Positions 56,502 to 64,000 of a stretch of 64,000 nt of DNA are shown in pieces (the stretch's first letter is position 1; the number at the start of each line of letters is the position of its first letter). Below the pieces are notes generated by a model. The model did not search any database and was not told the DNA's origin. It was given only the letters and a program-made list of their open reading frames with translations. The translations under genes and the position numbers were made by a program. This DNA is from Chrysomallon squamiferum (taxonomy: Eukaryota; Animalia; Mollusca). Where the stretch lies: assembly GCA_012295275.1 (NCBI GenBank), contig CM022665.1:1116001-1180000 (forward strand). Reading direction: 5' to 3'.

Positions 56502-56965
56502 TATTATGAACTATTCGCATATGATCATGATATTAACTTGTAATTATTAACAACAATAATAAAATAAATTCTGTATTATGGAAATCCAGTTATAACGCAG
56601 AAAATCGATAACATCACAGTGATTACATTAATTTTTATTTTTATTTTCTACATATTTTATTAATTTGTCGGTTGTTTTTTTTGTTTGTTTGTTTGTTTTT
56701 GTTTTGTCCTTTTTTTTAACTGAACATACCTCGATTTTTAGTTTTAAATAACTCCTATGAATTAAATTTTTATTTTTTTGTTTTTAAATATCCCAGATTA
56801 GCATTATAATTATTTTATGGTTGTGGAAAAGGTTTGATACACATGATAATGAAGGCATCGTCAAGGTGAAAATACAGTACGTGTATTTATCAGAGCAGAA
56901 CACTTCACACTTTAATAACCGAGCTATATCACACCTATAAACGGTATACTGAAATTTAAACACTA

Positions 56966-57136
56966 TTTTGTTTTATATTATTTTCTGAATACAGTTTATA
57001 GTATTTATTTAATTTTTGAAAGGTTTGTAGTTTGATACCACAACAGTATACTTAGTACTGATGATTATGCAGTTTAGTGGAGAGTGAGAACGTGTAGATG
57101 TATGTGATGTTAGATACCAGCGTGTAGTACCTACAC
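56966..57136 (+). repeat. 171-bp direct repeat, copy 2 (upstream of NT5E)
   Basis: Matches 55037-55207. Confidence 0.9.
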
Positions 57137-57140
57137 GCAG

Positions 57141-57177
<37 letters not shown>

Positions 57178-58763
57178 AACACTAACACACGGATGCATCG
57201 GGTGCCCTAAACGCTTTACTTTCTTTTGTTATTTTTTTGTATGTCTGTGTATGTCCTTTTGGCAGTCTGCCCACGAAGTCCCACCCGGAATGAACTTATA
57301 TCTAGATTACTGTGTGAAGAGCGGTATGTGGTCATCAAGCATTCCAGCTTTATCAGTGCGTTTATTAGTGTAAGAGCAAACAAAGTGAATCAAAGTTTAA
57401 CTCATATCAGTGATTATTAGGTTTAAATTTTTGTTGTTTCTTTTATTGCTTGTTTGTTTTCGTATAACAATGATGTGTAACTCTTACTATTTAGCAGTAG
57501 GGGACGTTTTTCTTATAATTATTGATCTACAGAATACAGAACATCATCTATGATTCATATTTAACAATTTCAGTGCAATGAAATAAAAAATACAATGATA
57601 TTTACATTTACAAATAAAAATCTGTGCATGAGCGATATGCAACATGGAAAATGTCCACTAATACAAATAGTGTTAATTAAATATAAGAATAATAATTATA
57701 ATTACCATCATCATCATTTCTTTAATATATATAAATATATCTAAAATATTCATATATTATGGGTTATATGTGATCTTCATTACAAAAGAACTTATGCTCT
57801 TTTAATCCTAGCAAATCACTAAATGTTCACATGAAAGAGTAATTTGCATTAAATATCATTAGAATTCTAACAGCCATTAAATTTATTGTGAATAGTTATT
57901 GTTTTATTGTAAACTCGGAGGGCTGCCATAGAGGTATATAACGGGAAATGTATTCATGAACTCAGATACATTTTTTATTTTTTATTTTTTTATTAAGTTA
58001 ATGTCGAAAGAATTCGATTTCTGTTTATACTAGCAAAAATACAGCAGTTGCATTTAAATGAGTTTTTGTTTGTTTGTTACGTTTTATGTAATTTTACAAC
58101 AATTTGTATCGATACTTCGCTAATCCGTTAATAAATTTAAATTGACGTGGAGAGATTCATTTGTGATCTAATGCGAGAATAATCCTGATTTTAATGTTTA
58201 ATTTTTAACAATGTACATTTTAAAATCCGACAAACATTATCTGTTGCTTGCTGAGATAAATCCACTGAAAATTTTAATACTGTCGACAAAAAGATGAGGG
58301 GACACAACCTTTGGCTAAATTGTTTTAGTTTTTCGATGGTTTTTCGATCATTAAACTTCTTAAAAGAAAGAAAGAAAGAAAGAAAGAAAGAAATGAGGAC
58401 AACTTTGCAATATTAATCTTTAAACAAAATATTTAATTTGTACAAATATACTGATAAATACGTACAAAAAGGTATTAGTAATATATACAGCTTGAACTTG
58501 TTTGATGTTTTACAGAAATATTTTGTCTGTTGTGATGACAGTAAGACACAACAACAACACAGAGTATACATTAAAATACACACATTTATATATGTAAAAT
58601 GATGTAATATAAAAATATATATTATATATTTCCTTTTATTACATGAAATAAATTTAGGTATTTACATGAAATAAGTTTATAAAGTACATAAAATGAATTG
58701 ATATAAACAAAGAAAGAAAAAAGTTCTGCAGTGCATAAAACCTGCCATGAATAAATGCAACCA

Positions 58764-59210
58764 TCATTCGTAATAAACAGCAAAACAAGACGCTACAGCA
58801 AACAGTGATGAATTCCTGTAATAGACACATGTACACATGTCAGTGTCCACGTTCCACACACAGCGACTGGCTACCTGCACCCCCTGGCTCTCTTCCTGAC
58901 CTACAAACACCTGCACCACGAGTTTGTAGCGACTCCAGTGATACTGTTTAATTTTGCTCATGATGTCGTTCGTCAGCTTAGTTGCCAGTTCCCCGCAGGT
59001 TGCCGGGTTGTAAACCACGTCGTTCAGTTTGCTTTCCATCGTTCGCAACATTATTTTCCTAGCCATCTCGCTTTGGAACTTCTCCTGTCTGTCAGGCTTC
59101 AGTTTGTACGTGTTTTCCATCTGACAGTTTGAAGCTCGCGACCTCGCGCTCTCTGAGCCGTCTGTTCCGTTTCGAACAGTTTTGCGTCTGGGACTCTTGG
59201 CGTCAGTCAT
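58764..59210 (-). CDS. Tctex-type dynein light chain (TCTEX1D/DYNLT5-like), 148 aa, single coding exon
   Basis: MENTYKLKP, F..., RYKLVVQVFVGQ, QGVQVASRCVWNVDTD, YRNSSLFAVASCFAVYYE*: Tctex-1 family motifs with the N-terminal extension of TCTEX1D-type chains. Confidence 0.9.
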   Translation of the reverse strand: MTDAKSPRRKTVRNGTDGSESARSRASNCQMENTYKLKPDRQEKFQSEMARKIMLRTMESKLNDVVYNPATCGELATKLTNDIMSKIKQYHWSRYKLVVQVFVGQEESQGVQVASRCVWNVDTDMCTCVYYRNSSLFAVASCFAVYYE

Positions 59211-60045
59211 TTCCTTTATTCTCTACAACACACAGTTTAATTAGTAGGTGTTTGTCAACATCAGATAAATAAAATGAATGATATGCCGAACTTCAAAGAT
59301 ATTGGATGTCAGTCCTAAGATTTGTTTTGTTTTTTAATTATGCAGTGCTGATATAAGAGATAAATTATATCATCAGTGGTACCACAGTTTGGGCCAAATT
59401 TCGTAACTATGTTATTTGGGAAAGGTATTATAAACTAGCGATAATTATCAATAAAATATGTTAACATGAAGCATACCCAATGCTATATGTTAACTGAATT
59501 TTGTATATTTGAGAGAGTTATGATCAATAAGATACACATATTTTAATAAAAAAAATTAAACAAGTTTTAAATCTAATCCATATTATGGGTAAATATATGT
59601 ACAGACTTTTAATTCACTCTCACCTAAATATGCTCAGTTGCTCTGTTGTGCTTGCGTGTGTGAGTGTATTTGTGTTTCGATTTATTTTCACTCTAGTTTC
59701 TTATACCCCAAAATTCGCCGGTTAAAGAAGCACTGTTTCAAGTAATGTGATAAACATATCAATAAATACATCGACTTATCATACTGGTAAAAATAAATTA
59801 AAGTAAATCTTAAGGTTTTCTGACAGAGAAAGAAAAAAGAAGAACATTTAAAAAAGAAAGAATTACATACCTTTTCGTTATATCCTTACCAATGAATGTT
59901 TTCCGGTTTATTAAAGTCTGTTTTGATTCCTGATGAAATTGGGTTTTTTTTTGTTTTTTAACAACACAGTGTTAACTGTCAGCTACCTCTATGCTTCATT
60001 TCGTGCCGAACAACAATTTTCAAACCTTTTCAGCATAAGAATCTG

Positions 60046-60059
60046 GTAGCAATAGTAAC
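60046..60059. promoter_or_regulatory. RFX X-box-like element upstream of the Tctex gene
   Basis: GTAGCAATAGTAAC resembles the GTNRCN-ATRGYAAC X-box; lies just upstream of a probable non-coding exon ending at a donor at 59870. Confidence 0.4.
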
Positions 60060-61349
60060 TTCACTTTTTAACTCGGCATTTTTGTTTCTTCTAATTTAGC
60101 TGTACTTCTCTTGACTTCTCAGATCAGCATATGGATATTTGATACTTATCCAACAAGAATTCCTTAGCAAGTCATTCACCATCAACGATCCCGTAACAGT
60201 ACTTTTAAAATATACTGGATTATAAGATCAGCTAATCAGGCCCAATTGTGGCGTATAGTTACTAGTAAATCCGTGCATTAACTGATTGCTTCATTGTAAC
60301 GTATCTTAGCACCCAGGTTTACTTACACTCATTTCTTTACTGCTAAATTTAATAGACATGTTTACTATGTGTACATGGGGAAGGCGTGAGTGCATGCGCA
60401 TTTATCATGTAAATGTGTGTGTGCGGGGGGGGGATAGACGGAAAAGTTATCTGCGAAGACAGGAATGCCAATCAAAATGAGCGGAATAAAGCTGATATTC
60501 TAAGACAGTAACAATTGTTTTTTTCTATTATCCTGCAGTCCACAATTCTATAAAACTAAATGAAATGAACTATTTTATTTAAGCTCGCCGCCCTCGAAAG
60601 ATCCATGCATATTAATTTCAAAAACAAACTGTTCTTTTATAGGCCTAAAAACAATTTAGTTGTTATTTTTTAAATCAAAAGTGTTTTCACAGTGGTCACT
60701 ATCCGTAAATATAGTCATTATATGTCGCCAATATTTATAGTGATTGGAGGATATATATATACCAGCATATACTGCACATAAGTTATTATTTGCCTACAAA
60801 TTAACGCGAAATAAAAACAAATTAAATAAAAAATAAAAAATTATTAGATTGAAGATTGAAATAAACAAACATAAAATGCAGAGTGATAAAAATATTTCTG
60901 AAAATAATAATATGTAATTTCTCATCTGCCTCGAAGACTGTTTAAAGAAGATTTCTAGATCAAAGTATCCGCATTAACGAATGAAACAAAATAATAATAT
61001 TAATAATAAAACGTTGTTTTCTTGTTTTTTAATAAAAGATTTTATTTGCTGAAATTAATCCAGATCACGACAAGAGGAAAATTTATTCAAACAAATCTTA
61101 TAAAAAAAAACAGATCCTTTTACAGTTCTTGAAAAAAACAAAAAAGTATATATATATGTACCACCTCATAGAAGCGGATCCAAGTTTTCGAAAACGTGTT
61201 ATTTCTGTGTTTCATATAATTTTCAAGTACAAATGTGTTTCATTTTAAAGACAAAAAACAATAATAATAATAAGAAGAAGAATGAATGGCCAGTAATAAA
61301 GGTTATGCTGCTTTCTCTTCTCTAGATCAGTTTAATCTCTACCGTCAAA

Positions 61350-61738
61350 TTATCTCCCGTGAACGATGACTTTTCGATGACGGATGACAAGTGGTGGTGG
61401 TATTGGAAACAGCAGATCGTGTAGCTTAAGCACTTCTTCAGTATGTATATTTATGTTACCAGCAAACATGTGAGGAATTAATTGATGCAGGGTATGATGC
61501 TCCACAACTGATGGATTTTCACTGACGTAGAACTCAAACTACAAATTAATAAAGAAAAAAGATAAAATTTAGAAACAAAAAATACTCTAACGAACGGTCA
61601 CGCATACTCAGTAACATAAACGATTGCTTAATATAAAGAAATATATTGATTTATTTAATTAATAATAAAGAAAATATATGAATACTGACATCGTTCTAAA
61701 TAGATACAGAGTTCAAAACACACACACACACACACACA

Positions 61739-61822
<84 letters not shown>

Positions 61823-63706
61823 TTATACATGCACACAAATAAACATGTAAACATACATACGCACCCTAATATACCTCATTTATTTATTTATTTCTGGATT
61901 AGAAAACACAATCAAACATCTGACTTTATCACATAACTCTTAGATAAGTACTCTGATAACGACATCTTATGATATATCTACGTACAGCTGATGGTAAGTT
62001 GCCAACAACTTTGAATGCGTTGAACCGGAAAATATTAGTGGCCCTGGCTTTGAGAATGCTAATGGTGAAATTCCGGAGCATATCTAGGTATGCTAATTTT
62101 CTTAAACCTGAAATGACATAATATAATTAATTAATCCAATTTGTAGTTACTACTGTTGTTATTTATATTCCGTTTGCGGCCATTGTATATTTTAAATTTT
62201 AAAATTAAGTACTTGCTCCAGTTAAAATATTTTTAATACATTTTAACTAATTTAATAATAATAATAATAATAATAATAATACATTTCTAGAAATAATTCT
62301 TAATATATTCTACGTTCAGTTCTTATTTTAGGTGTTGAAATAAGAACTGAACGTAGAATATATTAAGAATTATTTCTAGAAATGTATTATTATTATTATT
62401 ATTATTATTATTAAAATTAGTTAAAATGTATTAAAAATATTTTAACTGGAGCAAGTACTTAATTTTAGAATTTAAAATTTATTATAAATGAGAAAGTAAA
62501 TAAATAATATTCCAGTTCCACATTAACTTCGATAAGACTTCGTTGAAAGAAAGTGAGAGAAAGAAATGGCAAATGAACTAATCAGCTTAATAATTAATTA
62601 ATTAATTTAATCAAAAGCTCAAGATAACTGATTTATTATTTCACTTCATGTTTTCACATAAAAGGATAATTGCAAAATAAGATTTCGGAGGAAAAAGAAA
62701 GAAAAAGGATGCCTTTAGCATTGAAAATAATTTCAGCTCTATAGACGTTATCATAGTCGAGAGGTACTGGCTTTCCTCTCGTCAGGAGTTGAAGTTCGGC
62801 CACCGGTAGAAAGTTTCCGAGTATTAGCTCCGCCCACGCTTCGAAGGAATACAGCGGCGTGTTTCTGACAGTTGTTCCGAGCGCTTCAATGGCGCTCACA
62901 GCAGCCTCCAAGTGTAGCCGAGAGTCTGTTGTCGTTTTGTGTGCACGTAGAACTGAAAATAGGCAATTTTTTTTTTTTTTTTTTTAACCGGTTGTTTTTA
63001 ATATTTACAAATGTTCTTAACAGAATGTCAACGTACTGTATGGTCTAAAAGACGGACTGACGGAGTGAGGGCTGGTCATGAATTCTCTGTTTACATTGCG
63101 TACTTATTTGTATGTATGTGGAGATGTGCTGTCAAATACGTGTCACTATATGTCTATATCACGAATGGACAGACATGCCCAAAGTAAGATAATCATACTT
63201 TAAACTTAAGATGTCTGAGAGCCACAAGAAATGTCTGTTTAGCTTTTACATTAACTGTGATGAAGGAATGAACTCGGCTACTTTTTCTTATATATGACAA
63301 ACCGTATTTGCGTTCATACAAACGTACAAAACAGACAAACATATACATGTAGAAAGTTTCATACATTCATTATATATTCATACACAGATACAAGAAAAAA
63401 AACATACACATATAGGCCTACTCACACACTTATACATACATACGAATTGTACCTACATACTTGTATACAGAAATATATGAAAAGGCATTTATTTAACCGT
63501 ATAGTTCGTGTATATTACCTATAGAAAGTCTGGATTCTCCCAGGACCTGAAATATAATATAATTATATTATATTCAGTTTATTCAACAGAAACGTAATTA
63601 TTTCCTTACTACAAGTAACCTTTTATTCTCTGTGGATTTACTGTAATGGTTAGCTCCAGGAACTACAAGAAAATTAAGCATGGCGTATTTGAACTTTTAT
63701 CAAGTA

Positions 63707-63758
<52 letters not shown>

Positions 63759-64000
63759 TATTGAACTATTATTAAATACCATGTATTTGACAAACTCACC
63801 TTAAAAATATCTATCTCTTTCAGTCCATTAAATGGAAGAGCTTTTACTATGTTATAAATGCCGGACAATATTCTTGCGTGAGTTCCCGAGCTGCTTAGAG
63901 CTTTCTCTGGAAGCTTAATGTCTAACAAGTAAAATTTCGTGTCTACGTCTGGATGAGGTGCACCTACGTGAGCGGCCAGGCAGCAGACAAAGAAAAGCAG
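61350..64000 (-). CDS. Secreted protein with two tandem alpha/beta domains (muconolactone-isomerase-like by inference); start lies beyond the window
   Basis: Exons >64000-63800 (end of signal peptide LLFFVCCLAAHVGA), 63546-63519, 62952-62713, 62107-61986, 61538-61350; phase-consistent 259-aa stop-free frame; internal repeat FKVLGE / FKVVGN. Confidence 0.75.
62189..62478. repeat. Near-perfect inverted repeat (~140-bp arms, 9-nt spacer)
   Basis: 62189-62328 is the reverse complement of 62338-62478 apart from one substitution and small indel differences beside the (AAT)n tract; loop TAGGTGTTG. Confidence 0.95.

Noticed and set aside
56215-56520. Poly-D/I/V ORF upstream of NT5E
   Set aside because: Compound trinucleotide microsatellite.

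Overview
AT-rich, microsatellite-dense eukaryotic (animal) genomic DNA with spliced genes; gene content and repeat style suggest a mollusc, probably a gastropod (inference). Most ORF-track entries are noise or exon fragments, so gene models were assembled by hand from splice sites and phase. In order: (1) an Ilp7/dilp7-type (relaxin-like) insulin-family peptide gene on the minus strand, with 8 Cys in its B/A-chain exons and a probable 16-nt micro-exon; (2) a 10-exon STYX pseudophosphatase (+) in a CpG-depleted domain with an intronic Tc1 relic; (3) a tail-to-tail pair of secreted, protease-less PAN/apple-3xCCP(sushi)-kringle genes that are diverged overall but share two near-identical tracts including intron sequence (probable gene conversion), with a MITE between them and a 3.8-kb 39-bp minisatellite inside one; (4) a two-exon gene of unknown function with a CRE+forkhead promoter; (5) a 9-exon NT5E/CD73-like 5'-nucleotidase (-) with a GC-AG intron and a 1-nt frameshift before the GPI signal; (6) a Tctex-type dynein light chain (-); (7) a 5'-truncated secreted protein with two tandem domains resembling the muconolactone-isomerase fold, whose third visible intron has a GCATCCTTT donor and a ~290-bp near-perfect palindrome.
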